Below, piece by piece: positions 23,035 to 35,797 of a stretch of DNA of 38,869 nucleotides. The position numbers and the translations under genes are program-made. The DNA is from Macrostomum lignano. Its lineage: Eukaryota. The notes below the pieces were generated by a model that made no database searches, had not been told where the DNA came from, and worked only from the letters and a program-made list of their open reading frames with translations. The stretch lies in assembly GCA_002269645.1 (NCBI GenBank), contig NIVC01004662.1, forward strand, positions 1 to 38,869, given 5' to 3'. The number at the start of each line of letters is the position of its first letter. Position 1 is the stretch's first letter.

Positions 23035-23549
23035 AGAATTGTGTCAAGTTTGAAGTCAATCGCTTTATGTGGAGCAAACTTATGGCAGCTGAAAGTTAGT
23101 CAATTTTGAAACCCTTTTACACATCTGGGCCCAAATCGATATCGGGAAAGATAGGCAGGCGGGCGGAGGTTGGGGTGGTTGCTACGCTGAAAAAAACAGC
23201 CTAACTTTAAAAGTGCACAGCACCGCTCAGGATTAACTTTGAGACTCGAAATTTTACATGATTGTACCAAAATAGTTGAAGATTATCTGTGTCAAATTTG
23301 AAGAGAATCGGTAGAAGTGGAGCGGCGCTATGGAGGATTTAGTGAAAAAATCGCGCATTTTGAGCAGTTTTTTGCACTTTTAGGTAAGAAGACTCAAATT
23401 TAGGAAATTTAAAGGTAGCCTAAGACATTCTCTGTAGTGAGTTTAGGGTGGGTGTAAAATTTGGTGTCATTTGGTTGAACGGTTTGGGAGTCCATAGCGA
23501 AGTAATTTGTCCACAGACAGACAGAGTTTTGATTTTTATAGGTAGAGAT
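23035..23549 (+). mobile_element. Possible non-autonomous Helentron/HINE (DINE-1-like) element; boundaries approximate
   Basis: Three reiterated GTGTCAA(A/G)TTTG..AATCG blocks, then AACGGTTTGGGAGT...ACAGACAGACAG and a TTTTTATAGGTAGAGAT|TT end. Recognised by resemblance only. Confidence 0.4.
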
Positions 23550-24439
23550 TTGACGAAATTATCTTTTTTATTTTATGTCTACTAAAACAGGCTGGTAAAA
23601 CGGGAAAAAAATTGGTGCGCAGCAAAAACATTTATTTTTACTTGTGTACTTATTGCATGATGTATGATAAGGCCAACCATCAGATTTGACTGCAATCTGC
23701 GCCCACTGGGCTGAGGCAAGAAAAGAAGAATTTTTCGCATAAACTACACATGTGGGTTTTGACCTTGTTCAGTAGCTATTAAAACAGCTGTTGAGCCTAA
23801 GATATCGGTATCCCTCCCTTTAAGTCAATGGCGTAACCCTAACTCTCCATTTCATCTACCTTTTGGCTTGGCCACCAACAACTTCCAGTTGACCCTTGGC
23901 ATCTCAGCGACAGCAATTCCTCCCAAAGTTCCTGGCTCTTGAAATCTCAACAACACCACCCGTGAGCCCTTGATATCTCAGCTGTTTATTTGACTATAAA
24001 TGAAGCAGGGATTTATGAAAATCGACGCCTGCAATTGGATGACTAGCTACTGGACCTTGGAACTTGGTTGTCCAATAAATTGGTAAATTGGTAGAGTTGC
24101 TGTCAAGCTAGCTGGGTAGATCTCAAATTGCCTGGCTGGCCACGTGAGTCACAGGAGTTTATTTAGCGGGGTAAAAGTTGACTAGAGGCAAAATAATATT
24201 CGCTGCCCTCCATACGAGTATAGCACACGCACGGGTATGGGTGCTTTAGCCAGTCCCGCGTCTCCCTCTGGAGGAGCCAACTTGCCCATTATCAAAAGAG
24301 GATCTTGTAGATTGAGAGAGAGCCTTAAGGTCGCCGCTTTGCCGGGTTGAGAGGCGGGCAGCGCGGGTTTTCGCTGGCAGCCGTACTTTTCTCCCAAGCG
24401 CCCGCGTGCGTTCACCCGGGGGAAGGTCGCGGGGGAAGA

Positions 24440-24720
24440 GATGAGGATATTAAATCTCGCCCTTCCCTGCCCTGGCCTCTACCGCGCGCTCCCACGCTGG
24501 CCAATAAGTTTCCCACGCAGCCCTTCACGGCTCTCGTCTCCGTTCACCTCTGCCCCCCCCCCCTGTACAGCGGAGCCAAGTCAGAGGGCGGGGGCGCAGG
24601 CGGGGGAGCCGCATGCAGCGGCAGCAGCAGTACTATACTGCAGGCATGCGGGCGGCCTGGGTTAAGCCTACCCCTCCCCCCCCCCGCGGCAATGCCTCCC
24701 TCTCTTTTCTCTCTCCCTCG
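24440..24720. promoter_or_regulatory. Putative CpG-rich promoter upstream of the ZFYVE gene
   Basis: CCAAT (~24502), GC box GGGCGGGG (~24586) and high CpG density. A possible 5'-UTR exon donor CTG|GTTAGT lies near 25042. Confidence 0.35.
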
Positions 24721-25164
24721 CCGAGCCACACAACCTCAACAGACGCGGAGAGAAGCGGAGAGAGAAAAGACAGGAAGGCCCCACAGCACTGCTGAGCAAG
24801 GGACGACAAGCTCGACATTGCACGGGCACGCGACACCCCAACCCCCTCGCAAGTCACTGCGCCGCATGAGACTCGCATTGATAACTGCTGTGCGCGCCGG
24901 ATAGCATAAGGGACTGGCCTGGTCGGGCTCAAACCTCAGCTGCGTTCGACAATTCGAGCCATTCGCAACCAGCAGGAAGACTGCAAGACCGCCAGGGCGA
25001 GAGTGACGACTGGGAAAGTCGAGATCGGCTGAAACATTTCTGGTTAGTCGAATAACTACTTGTGTAACTTTTACAATAGAATATTGAAAGTATGAAACCC
25101 TGGAGCAAAAACAGGGAGCACTCAGAGCGTCACTCCTTTGAGCACTCCACAGGGCAGTACATGT

Positions 25165-25305
25165 AGCACTCCGAAGAGCACTCCGAAAAGCACTCCAAAG
25201 AGCACTCTGAAGAGCACACCGAAGAGCACTCAGAAGAGAACTCCGAGGGGCACTTCAAAGAGCACTCCGAAAAGCACCCCAAAGGGCACTCCAAAAAAGA
25301 GCACT
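25165..25305. repeat. 12-bp minisatellite (AGCACTCCGAAG)
   Basis: About 11 degenerate units. Confidence 0.85.
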
Positions 25306-26302
25306 AGCTCGTAATTACCAATCAAAGGGGCTCTAAAAACCGTAGCGCACCACCTGAGTTCGAGTCCTGCCGCACCGCAGCGGCGCAGTCTCTCAGCCCA
25401 GCGTTCGAGCAAGTCCGCTACAGCTTCTGCTCTCGAGGCTGCAGCAGTCACCGAGCGCACCAGAATTCTGGCCTGGGAGGGGCTCTGCAGTTTAACAGAA
25501 ATTTGCATTCTTCATCAGCAGTAAAATTAAGCCTGTAGAATAAGCGGGTCAGACTGCAGTGCTGCTGAGTCATTTCCGCCTCCACTGCGGCCGCTGCATT
25601 CTTTGCTAATTCAAGACTGCTGGCAGCTCGATTTGGATAATTTATATCCATGCAGGGCGGAGACGCTTGCCGCTGGCGCGAGTCCGCCTCCAGTCCTTGC
25701 AAAATGCCAATGCCAGCAGTCCAGAATCCCCTGGCTTGAACTGGCCCGAGAGGGGTTTAATTGAGCAAGCGAACCGGGGCCGATTCCCCAGCTGCATCTC
25801 GGCCCGGCAACCCGGCATCCGCTAATCTGATTGCCCAGCAGCCACCGCAGGCGGAATAGCAAATTTGAGCGTCCCAGAAGGAACGATCGAAAAAAATGGA
25901 CCCATCAATTTTTATTCTTCTCATCATCGCTTTCCACAGGTTTCACTTTCTTAGAAACGGCCAAGGCAGCAGGGAGGCTGGGAGGCCATGACGTCATCGC
26001 TCACTCCGCTTTTCTCCCGTCCCGTCTCTCCCGCCTCATTCCCGCTCGCGTGCTGCCAATGCGGGAAAGCAAAAAAACGCTAAGGACGTCTGAGCACCGC
26101 AGCTCACCGCCCCCCCCCCCGATTCCCGCATCTCCACAGGAGGAAAGAAAGGAGAAGAAATCCTTCTGGAGCCCGGGATGGCCTCATCAACTCCAGCCGG
26201 CAACTGTCAGCAGCAGAAGCTGCGATGAGGCGGCCCAGCGCTTCTCGATAAAAACACTGCAACTGCCGACCCGACGAGACAAGAAGCCCTCAGCTCACCG
26301 GC

Positions 26303-28174
26303 ATGCAGCGGCCGAAATCCCTGCAGCTGACTCTGCCCACTGCCGCGGCCTCCACTGCGGCCGAATCCGCACCCGCGACCACCTCAGCGCCGGCTTCGGC
26401 GTCGACCTCCGCCGCGTCGCCTGGCGTTGAGGCCATGGAGGAGAACGAACCCCTGACCTCGCCGGCTAAGGCGGACGGCCACGGCGGCTCCAACGGTGAG
26501 CAGTCGGTCCGAACGCCGACCAACGACATCACCAACATCGCCGATTCCGGGCCCGCGGCGACACAGGCCGCGCCGCAGCAGCTTCAATCGCCGCCGCCAG
26601 CCCAGACCCAGCCGGCGCCGCCCTCGTTGCTCCTCACGCCGCCCCGCCGCTTTCACTCCAGTCAGCTTTGCCGGCTCGGAGGCCGGCCAGGCCGTCATCG
26701 CTGCTGCTCGTCACCCCCGCCGGCCAGTGGGCCCCGCCGGCCACGCCCCAGCAGCCGGCGGCAACCACGGCAGCCTCCGCCGCCGCCTCCCCGTCCCCGG
26801 CGCCGGTCCGCGCGCTGCCAAGCCGGCGGCCGACCTCCCTCTGCCTGCCTTCTCGCTGGACACCCGCTGAGGCCGCCAGCCAGTCGCCGCAAGCTGCAGC
26901 CGCCTCCCCTGCGACGCCGACCCAGCCGACGCCCTCGCCGCTAGGACTGCGCCGGCCGTCGCCGTTCCCGGAGCTTCCGCCTGCCGTAAAGCGGCTTCGG
27001 CCAAGCGGCGGCGGCAGCGGCCTTGCATTTACGCCGGCGGCAAATTTTCTGACCCAGGCACCGGCCGCCACGCCGAGCTCCGAGTTGCCGCCGTCGCCCT
27101 TTCCCCGCCGACGCCTAGCAGCACCCTGACGCTGTCCTCGTCCTCTTCCCCATCCACCGAGCCGACAGTCGCCGCAGTTGTTTCCGCCGCTAGCGCCGCG
27201 GCCGCTGCCGTTACGGGCGCCGTCGAGGATGCCGAGATGGCGTCTCCGACCGCCTCCACCGCCTCCTCGACCCTCAGCTGCAGCTCGCAGCTCGGCTTCG
27301 TCAAGCCCTACTGGGTGCCGGACCGGGACGCCCGCTCTGCATGCGGTGCGGCGCCAAGTTCACCGTGCTGCGCCGGCGCCACCACTGCCGCGCCTGCGGG
27401 CGCGTCCTCTGCTCCGCCTGCGCCTGCCACACGGCCCGCTTGGCCTTCCTGGGCGGCGCCAAGGCTCGCGTCTGCGCCGCCTGCCACCAGCAGCTGACGC
27501 TGCCGCCGCCTCCACCTCCGCCTCCGCTGCCACCTCCATCGGCGCCTCCGCCACAGCGGCCGCCTGGAGTCCCCGCCCCGGACTGGCGCCGCAGCCGCCC
27601 CGCAGCGTGGTTTTCGAAGACGGCGTTCGACCCGGCGCTGTCAGCCCGACCGCGGCGACGGCCTGGAGCCGAGCCTCGCCCCGCTGGACGGCTCGCAGCT
27701 GCCGCCGCTGTGCAGTCATGCGCCGCCTCTCGAAGATGCCGAGGCCGCCCTGGCAGCGGGCCGGACGCTGAGCTACCGAGTCTGCCGCAGCGTCCGGGTG
27801 ACCGCCCGCCTGCTGCAGTCGCTGCCCTGCTGCACCCCGGCCGGCTCGGCCTGGTGGCTGCTGCTGAGCCGCGGCCTGAGCACCGTCGGCCAGGCGGAGC
27901 TGTTCCTGCTCATTCAGCGGGACGACGGCGAGGCGCTGCCGCCGCCGCACGCCTTCGCCCTGGTGTACTCGGCCTACGAGCGGGCCTACTCGGGCGGCTG
28001 GCTGGGCCATCTGGACTTCCTGCCGGCGCCGAGGCGTCTCGGCCCGTTGCTAGGCGACCGGAGCCACGCCGGTTTGTTGCTGTTCCGGCCGGGTCGCCTG
28101 CACTGCACGCTGCACCTGGGGCTCCCGGCTGAGGCCGGAGGGCAGCCGCCGCTCTGTGGACTGCTGGTGCTCAG
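26303..28174 (+). CDS. ZFYVE9: SARA/endofin homologue, coding exon 1 (low-complexity N-terminus, FYVE, RVxF motif, start of C-terminal domain); needs ~5 frameshift corrections
   Basis: QLGFVKPYWVPD...RCGAKFTVLRRRHHCRACGRVLCSAC...ARVCAACH (FYVE), RSVVFEDG, and WLLLSRGLSTVGQAELFLLIQ...HAGLLLF...LCGLLVLR. Donor AG|GTGAGG at 28174/28175. Alternative ATG at 26435 (gccATGG). Confidence 0.88.
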
Positions 28175-28178
28175 GTGA

Positions 28179-28633
28179 GGGGAATTTTAAGCTCGGGGAA
28201 TTTGAGGCTTGGGGAATTTGAGGCTTGGGGAATTTGAGGCTTGGGGAATTTGAGGCTTGGTGAATTTGAAGCTTGGGGAATTTGAAGCTTGGGGGGAACT
28301 TGAAGCTTGGGGAATTTAAAGATTGGGGAACTTGAAGCTTGGGGAACTTGAAGCTTGAGGAATTTGAAGCTTGAGGAATTTGAAGCTTAGGGGAGTCTGA
28401 AGCTTAAGGAATTTGAAGCTTGGGGCAATTTGACGCTTGGGGAATTTGAAGCTTAGGGGAGTCTGAAGCTTAAGGAATTTGAAGCTTGGGGCAATTTGAC
28501 GCTTGGGGAATTTGAAGCTTGGGGAAGTTGAACCTTAGGGAATTTAAAAGCTTGAGGGGATTTGAAGCTTTGGGAATTTGAAGCTTGGGGGAATTTAAAA
28601 GCTTGGGGGATTTGAAGCTTAGGGGAATTTGAA
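28179..28633. repeat. Intron 1 minisatellite, ~16-bp GGGGAATTTGAAGCTT
   Basis: About 27 units starting a few bases after the donor. Confidence 0.92.
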
Positions 28634-29559
28634 AGGATTGTGAAGTGTAAAAACCAGCGAATTTTGGTTTGATCGAAAGTGACCCAAGTCCTTTTTAGTC
28701 GCATTTTGAGGTAAGAAAATTGTAAATAATTGTGGCAGCTTTTAGCGAATTGCGTCATATATTTCCCCCAATAAATTGTCAGCCTTCGGGGCAAAGCCTT
28801 CAGCTTCCGAGCGCGCAGTTTCCACCGGGAATTCCACACCCCCAGGTCGTTCGCCGCGAACGCTAATTCGGGTCAATGGAAGCCCAGCCTGATGGAGCGC
28901 CCAGCCTCCCCCTGCTTACCTCGCTTGCCCCGAAACCCCCACCCCTGATAAGACGCGTCGCCAGTGCTGCGGTCAGGCCTGGGTGGCTGGCGGTGACTCA
29001 GCGACCTTCGCTAACTCGACATCAACCGGCTGCCTGCCTGGGCCCAGAATCTCCCCAGATTAAATTTACTGCGGCTCGCGGATGCTGGAGGGGGGGGGGT
29101 TGGGCGGCCGTGTGTCACTTTTACGATTTTCAACTGCTAAAAGCTGCAGAAGGCAGCAATTCACTGCGGCAATGCGGCGGTCTGACTCAGACCTCCTCTG
29201 CAGTGCTGCCAGAAAGCATAACAAACTTTGCCTTCCCAAACTGCAATGAAAGTCGCGGTGCACCCACGCTTCCCATAAACTAAAAATTCTTATCTGGGGC
29301 TGTGTCTGTTTGCTAGACCGGAATCAAGGCAGCTGCCTTCTTGCCACGAGAGCCACTGCCACCACCTCCTGTGCGCACTTGCTCTCTCTTGGCTGAAGTT
29401 CAGCACTGTTTAATTCCAAAATGCAGAGACTTGCTGGCAGATTTCGAATATAAGTAACAACGTTAGAGCCTTCAGGATGATTAGAAGCACCCAAGTGAAA
29501 CCAGGCAGGTAGAAATCAGAACTTCATCTGAAGCGTCATGGAGGGTTTAATCTAATTAA

Positions 29560-30347
29560 AGCCTCATAGAGGTTCAGAAGTTAGAAAGCCTCATGGAGGT
29601 TTATAAGGCTAAGAAGGTAGAAAGCCTCATAGAATGTTCATTAGGTATTGAGCCTCATAGAGGGTTCAGAAGGTATAGAGCCTCATAGAGGGTTTATTAG
29701 ATGTAGAGCCCCATAGAGGGTTCATTAGGTATAGAGCCTCATAGAGGGTTCATTAGATATAGAGCCTCATAGAGGGTTCAGAAAGTAGAGAGCCTCATAG
29801 AGGGTTTATTAGATGTAGAGCCTCATAGAGGGTTCATTAGATGTAGAGCCTCATAGAGGGTTCGTTAGGTATAGAGCCTCATAGAGGTTCAGAAGGTATA
29901 GAGCCTCATAAAGGTTCAGAAAGTATAGAGCCTCATAGAGGTTCAGAAGGTATAGAGCCTCATAGAGGGTTCATTAGATATATATAGAGCATCATGGAGG
30001 TTCAGAAGGTATAAAGCCTCATAGTGGGTTCATTAGGTATAGAGCCTCATAGAGGGTTCATTAGGTATGGAGCCTCATAGAGGGTTCATTAGATATAGAG
30101 CATCATGGAGGTTCAGAAGGTATAGAGCCTCATAGAGGGTTCATTAGGTATAGAGCCTCATAGAGGGTTCATTAGATATAGAGCCTCATAGAGGTTCAGA
30201 AGGTAGAGAGCCTCATAGAGGTTCAGAAGGTATACAGCCTCATAGAGGGTTCATTAGATATAGAGCATCATGGAAGTTCAGAAGGTAGAGAGCCTCATAG
30301 TGGGTTCAGAAGAGCCTCATGGAGGTTAAGAATATAGAGCCTCATAG
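29560..30347. repeat. Intron 1 minisatellite, ~28-bp ATAGAGCCTCATAGAGGGTTCA(TTAG/GAAG)GT
   Basis: About 27 units in two interleaved variants. Confidence 0.92.
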
Positions 30348-30442
30348 CCTAATATGAGTCAAGAATATAATTAATAGCAGACATTTAATATCTTTTCTTC
30401 TTTGTGTAAAAAACCTACTCATCATTCAATTCTTATCATCAG

Positions 30443-30831
30443 GTGGGAGGCGCCCTGGGCCGAGCTGTTCCCCATGCGGCTGCTGCTGCGGTTGGGCTGC
30501 GAGCACCGAGTGTACCCCTGCCCGCTGACGTCGGTGCGCCGGCGCAGCCCCGTGTTTGGCGAGCTCAGCCGCTCCCTGGCCGGCATGCTGGTGGACACCA
30601 AAAATTTCTCTCACGGGTTGCCGAGCCCGCCGGGTCTCAGCGTGCGGCTTCGAACCGGCTGCACGGTGGTGCGCTGCCCCGTTGAAGCCTACGACTGCGT
30701 GCAGAAGGCCCTGGCGGCCGCAACTTCGGCGTCGTGCGGTGCGGGCAATGGCAGTTGGGTGCTGGCGTTCGGTGCGAGCTTCTGCCCGGCTGCTGACGCC
30801 CACCTGGTCTGCCATCAGAACCTCGAGACAG
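30443..30831 (+). CDS. ZFYVE9: SARA/endofin homologue, coding exon 2
   Basis: Acceptor CATCAG|G (phase 2, giving R-WEAPWAELFPMRLLLRLGCEHRVYPCPLTSVRRR...ADAHLVCHQN), like SARA WETPWAKVFPIRLMLRLG. Donor ACAG|GTTGGT (phase 1). Confidence 0.93.
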
Positions 30832-30869
30832 GTTGGTTGCCTAAATATACCTGCCTGGCGATTCCTTAA

Positions 30870-31400
30870 GGGTAGATTCCATCGCCGGTAGATTCCCCGA
30901 GGGTAGATTACTCCCTAAGGGTAGATTTCCTCGAGGGTAGATTCACCGAGGGTAGATTCCCCCGAAGGTAGATTCCCCCGAAGGTAGATTCCCCGAGGGT
31001 AAATTCCCCGGAGGGTGGATTCCCCCGAAGGTAGATTCATTCCCCGAAGGTAGATTCCTCCGAAGGTAGATTCCTCCGAAGGTAGATTCCTCCGAAGGTA
31101 GATTCCTCCGAAGGTAGATTCCTCCGAAGGTAGATTCATTCCCTTGAGGGTAGATTCATTCCCCCGAGGGTAGATTCCCCCGAGGGTAGATTCCCCCGAG
31201 GGTAGATTCCCCCGAAGGTAGATTCCCCCCGAAGATAGATTCCCTCGAGGGTAGATTCCCCCGAAGATAGATTCCCCCGAGGGTAGGTTCCCTCGAGGGT
31301 AGATTCCCCCGAAGGTAGATTCCCCGAAGGTAGATTCCCCGAAGGTAGATTCCCCCGAAGGTAGATTCCCCCGAAGGTAGATTCCCCCGAGGGTAGATTC
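30870..31400. repeat. Intron 2 minisatellite, ~16-bp GGGTAGATTCCCCCGA
   Basis: About 32 units, starting just after a TTAA. Confidence 0.92.
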
Positions 31401-32437
31401 CTTTGCTTTTCCCAATACGTATATAATCCCATTTCTCTAGACCTGGATCCCCAGACTAGGCTAATGTCCCCAAGGCTAGATTTTCCCAGACTGACAGGTC
31501 TCAACCCACACTCCTAATGAGGGTCCTCATGCCCGCCTCTGGATGGGCCATTCGGGACACCCGAGTTCAGAGAGAAAGTGTGCAGCTAATGCTCAGCAAC
31601 AGCAAAGAGGACAATTTGTGAGCATCATTATTGCATTGGGGCAGAGGATAATTGATGCAAATCAGGGTCACGAAATCAGGGCCATGCTTGAGCAATGGAG
31701 GAGTCGATTTATCGGGAACGAGTTCTCCGCCCTCATTAACAGCATAAGGCTCTTGACTTCAATCGATTTCCCAATGCAAGTAGATGTCGAAGGGATCAGT
31801 GTCCGTTAATGCACTGACTGACTCATCCCGCCGTGAGCAATGAAAATCAACCAGCTACATCGCAAAGTTTTGGCTGCATTCCAGCCGCAGTTCACACAAC
31901 ACCCACCTGCCGCGTCACCCGTATCCCTGCTGCTTTTACGCACACGTGTTTTTGCAGCTACCGGTCTGAATGCCGAGAGGGCTGGGCAGAGTGGAGCATG
32001 ACTCATTCCTTCCGCCAGCCCTCGCCCTTCCCCCTCTCCTCTCTTTCCCGCTCCTCCACTGCTGCTCTCTCCCGCAACTGGAGCAGTCTTGTTACCTCCC
32101 GTGCAATATACGTCCTCAGCTAGTCAGTCCTGTTCTCTCACCAATGATTATCATCTGGATGGAGATAAGGTGTGAAACAGCAGGTAAGTGGAAAAGATTG
32201 CAAATACAAGGTAATTTGTATAACTACAGCGCTCTGACTCATAGGATGAAATATTGCAAAGAGAAGAGGCAATTGATTGTACTATTACTAGACAGTCAGT
32301 GTCACCATAGACGACAGCCAGCCAATCAGTACTCACCCCAGTCAGACAGCCTAGCCACCACCCCATCCAGTCAGCCAGCCAATCAGCGCGCACCCCAGTC
32401 AGCGAGCTAACCAACCGCCACCGACCACCCATCACAG

Positions 32438-32618
32438 GCGAATACGGCACCCGCGCAATCAGCATCGAAGGTCGCCAGCTGTCCATCACGGCTGCCTCCT
32501 TTGTGGTATTTAACGGTGGCGGCGGCACATTCGCCCAGAATCGGGCTAGCATCGTAGAGGACGGCGTGCTAGTGCAGCTCACCGATGATCAGATGGCCCG
32601 GCTGAGAGATGCACTCAG
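32438..32618 (+). CDS. ZFYVE9: SARA/endofin homologue, coding exon 3 (absent from the ORF track)
   Basis: Branch point GCTAAC (32406) and acceptor TCACAG|. Reads GEYGTRAISIEGRQLSITAASFVVFNG...ASIVEDGVLVQLTDDQMARLRDALR, like SARA YQTQAISI...VTGASFFVF...SSIVEDGVMVQIT. Donor AG|GTGAGG; phases match both neighbours. Confidence 0.93.
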
Positions 32619-32640
32619 GTGAGGCCCCAGCTCAAGCTCG

Positions 32641-33130
32641 CAAACTCCACAAACCCCACCCCACAAACCCCACCCCACAAACCCCCACCCTACAAACCCC
32701 ATCCTACAAACCCCACCCTACAAACCCCATCCTACAAACCCCATCCTACAAACCCACCCCACAAACCCCATCCTACAAACCCCATCCTACAAACCCCACC
32801 CCACAAACCCCACCCTAAAAACCCCACCCTACAAACCCCATCCTACAAACCCCACCCTACAAACCCCACCCACAAACCCCACCCTACAAACCCCAACCTA
32901 CAAACCCCACCCTACAAACCCCACCCCACAAACCCCATCCTACAAACCCCACCCTACAAACCCCATCCTACAAACCCCATCCTACAAACCCCACCCTACA
33001 AACCCCACCCCACAAACCCCCGCCCTACAAACCCCACCCCACAAACCCCACCCTACAAACCCCACCCTACAAACCCCATTCTGCAAAACCCACCCCAAAA
33101 ACCCCACCCCACAATCCCCACTCCAAAACC
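32641..33130. repeat. Intron 3 minisatellite, ~14-bp ACAAACCCCA(C/T)CC(T/C)
   Basis: Occupies ~490 of the 522 intron bases. Confidence 0.93.
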
Positions 33131-33140
33131 GCGCCCGCAG

Positions 33141-33756
33141 GTCAATGCGCACCTGGTCGGCCGTTTGTTCGGCCGCCGACTCGGCCGGCGATCTCGTCGA
33201 GTTTGTCTGGCAGACGCGCCAGGACGACGACAAGGAGCGGCGAACTTCGCCGTCTGAGGCCGGCTGCGAGTTCAGCAACTCGGAGCGCTGGATCAGCCTG
33301 GTGGACGGCCAGCCGCTGACGGGCTGCCGGACGATCCGCCTGGCACCTGGCGGCCAGCGGACCGTCCGCTGCACGCGGTTGCACGCCATCCGGGAAGGCG
33401 ACCTCTCTGAGGGCAGCCCGGCCGACTGTCTGCGCTGGGCGAACCGCCTGGCCGGAGCTGTCGTCGCCGCCGTTAACGAAGCCGCCGAAGCCGCGAGCGT
33501 CGATGAAGAAGATCCGACAGACGACGGCGAGGCGCTTGGTGGCGGCTGCCCAGCCGAATTCGCCGTCTGCGTGCGCGCCGGGCTGGCCGAGGGCGCTAGC
33601 TGGACGGCCGGCCAGCGAATTACACAGCCGGCGCTGCTGCGGTCGCTGGAATCGGCGCTGCGGCCGCTGCTGGCCGAGCTGGACCGCCTGCTGGCGTCCG
33701 AGCTGGCGCTGGAGCTGGTGTTCGCCCGGCTGCCGGCCAAGGGCGGCGCTGACTGA
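33141..33756 (+). CDS. ZFYVE9: SARA/endofin homologue, last coding exon
   Basis: Acceptor CCGCAG|G (phase 2). Reads SMRTWSAVC...EFVWQ...ISLVDG...LESALRPLL...LELVF, ending at TGA 33754-33756. Confidence 0.88.
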
Positions 33757-33788
33757 CAGCAGAAACTCCTAGAAAGCAGAAACAAACA

Positions 33789-33794
33789 AATAAA
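33789..33794 (+). terminator. Candidate polyadenylation signal of the ZFYVE gene
   Basis: AATAAA 33 nt after the stop. Confidence 0.5.
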
Positions 33795-34869
33795 GAGACA
33801 CAATTAAGCCTGATTGTGATCGATAAAAATTCGATTCCATTCAAACTCGCGCCAAGATGACAGTAGTAAAACAAAACGAAACACAGAGTGAAACAGGAAG
33901 ATTTAAAGTGGTTTTAGGGTTCTTAAGGACTTTTGTGGGGCGTTAAAAAATGTTCAAAAACGCGTATTTTGGCGCGAATTCAAATTTAGCTTAAGCTACG
34001 TGAAATACTTGAAGTACTGTTGAGTCACAGAGATCTTAAACTAGCAGCAGCTGCATAATTATTTAATCAAAGCTTACCACATCTTGCGCACCAAATTGTG
34101 TCATCTGATGATTCGTTCGCTCACCTGCCTTCTATCGCTGTACTCAGGCCACTGCTGCACAGGCTGGAAATGTAGCCATTGCTCAGCTGCATGGAGCAAA
34201 TTTCTGCAATCGACGTAATATCGACATTTTTCTGGTCTTTTGCAACTCATCGATTTATCCCAATTTATCCCCACTTTGCCTACTCAGCGGTTTCTGCCTC
34301 ATCTTCCCCCTCTTACTTGACTTAGCTGCAGGGGCTCCGTGCGTCCGGAAACAGCGAGGAGGCGTTGCCGCCCATTTCGCTAGCCCCATCTTCCCCCTCT
34401 CTCTCTCTGTTGTAATTCTTGAGCATTCGCGCACCGCCCATAGCAACTGAAAACCCGAGCACACCGAAGCCTTCAAACCGCCTCAGTCTGTGATTCGCCG
34501 CCGCAAATTCTTTTATCCGTCGAGTCAGATTTTTTTTGCAAATAAGAATTAAGATTTTACTTATTCGTTTCCTCATTTTACTACTCTTTCAAGTTATAGT
34601 GTGAGTAGTGTATGTGGGGGCGATAAGGCCGAAATTCGCAGATTTCTCTATAGTAAAAAATCCTCACATTTATAAGCTGACTGAGATTTTCCTCGCTCAT
34701 GAAATTCGTGACTTTATCAGAAATAAAACTGTGAAAGGCCGCTCGGTGGATGCCCGCAGCTTCATCGGCAGACTTTCGCTTTGGATTTTTGCCCGCTTTG
34801 GCAAACTTTCACTGCTCGTTGTTTGATTTTCATCAATTCTAGTGCCTGGAGTTTCTTAGTCACGTTTTC

Positions 34870-35797
<928 letters not shown>

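Noticed and set aside
24347-24932. 185-aa and neighbouring ORFs in the GC-rich block
   Set aside because: No recognisable domain. Stop-poor GC-rich DNA is better explained as promoter or UTR.
28700-28900. Minus-strand PELAFAANDLGVWNS as a Tc1/mariner SPDLNP...W motif
   Set aside because: The similarity is too weak, and no other DDE motifs or TIRs were found.
30915-33257. GESTFGGIYP, PYKPHPTNP and similar repetitive ORFs
   Set aside because: These are translations of intronic minisatellites inside introns with phase-consistent splice sites.
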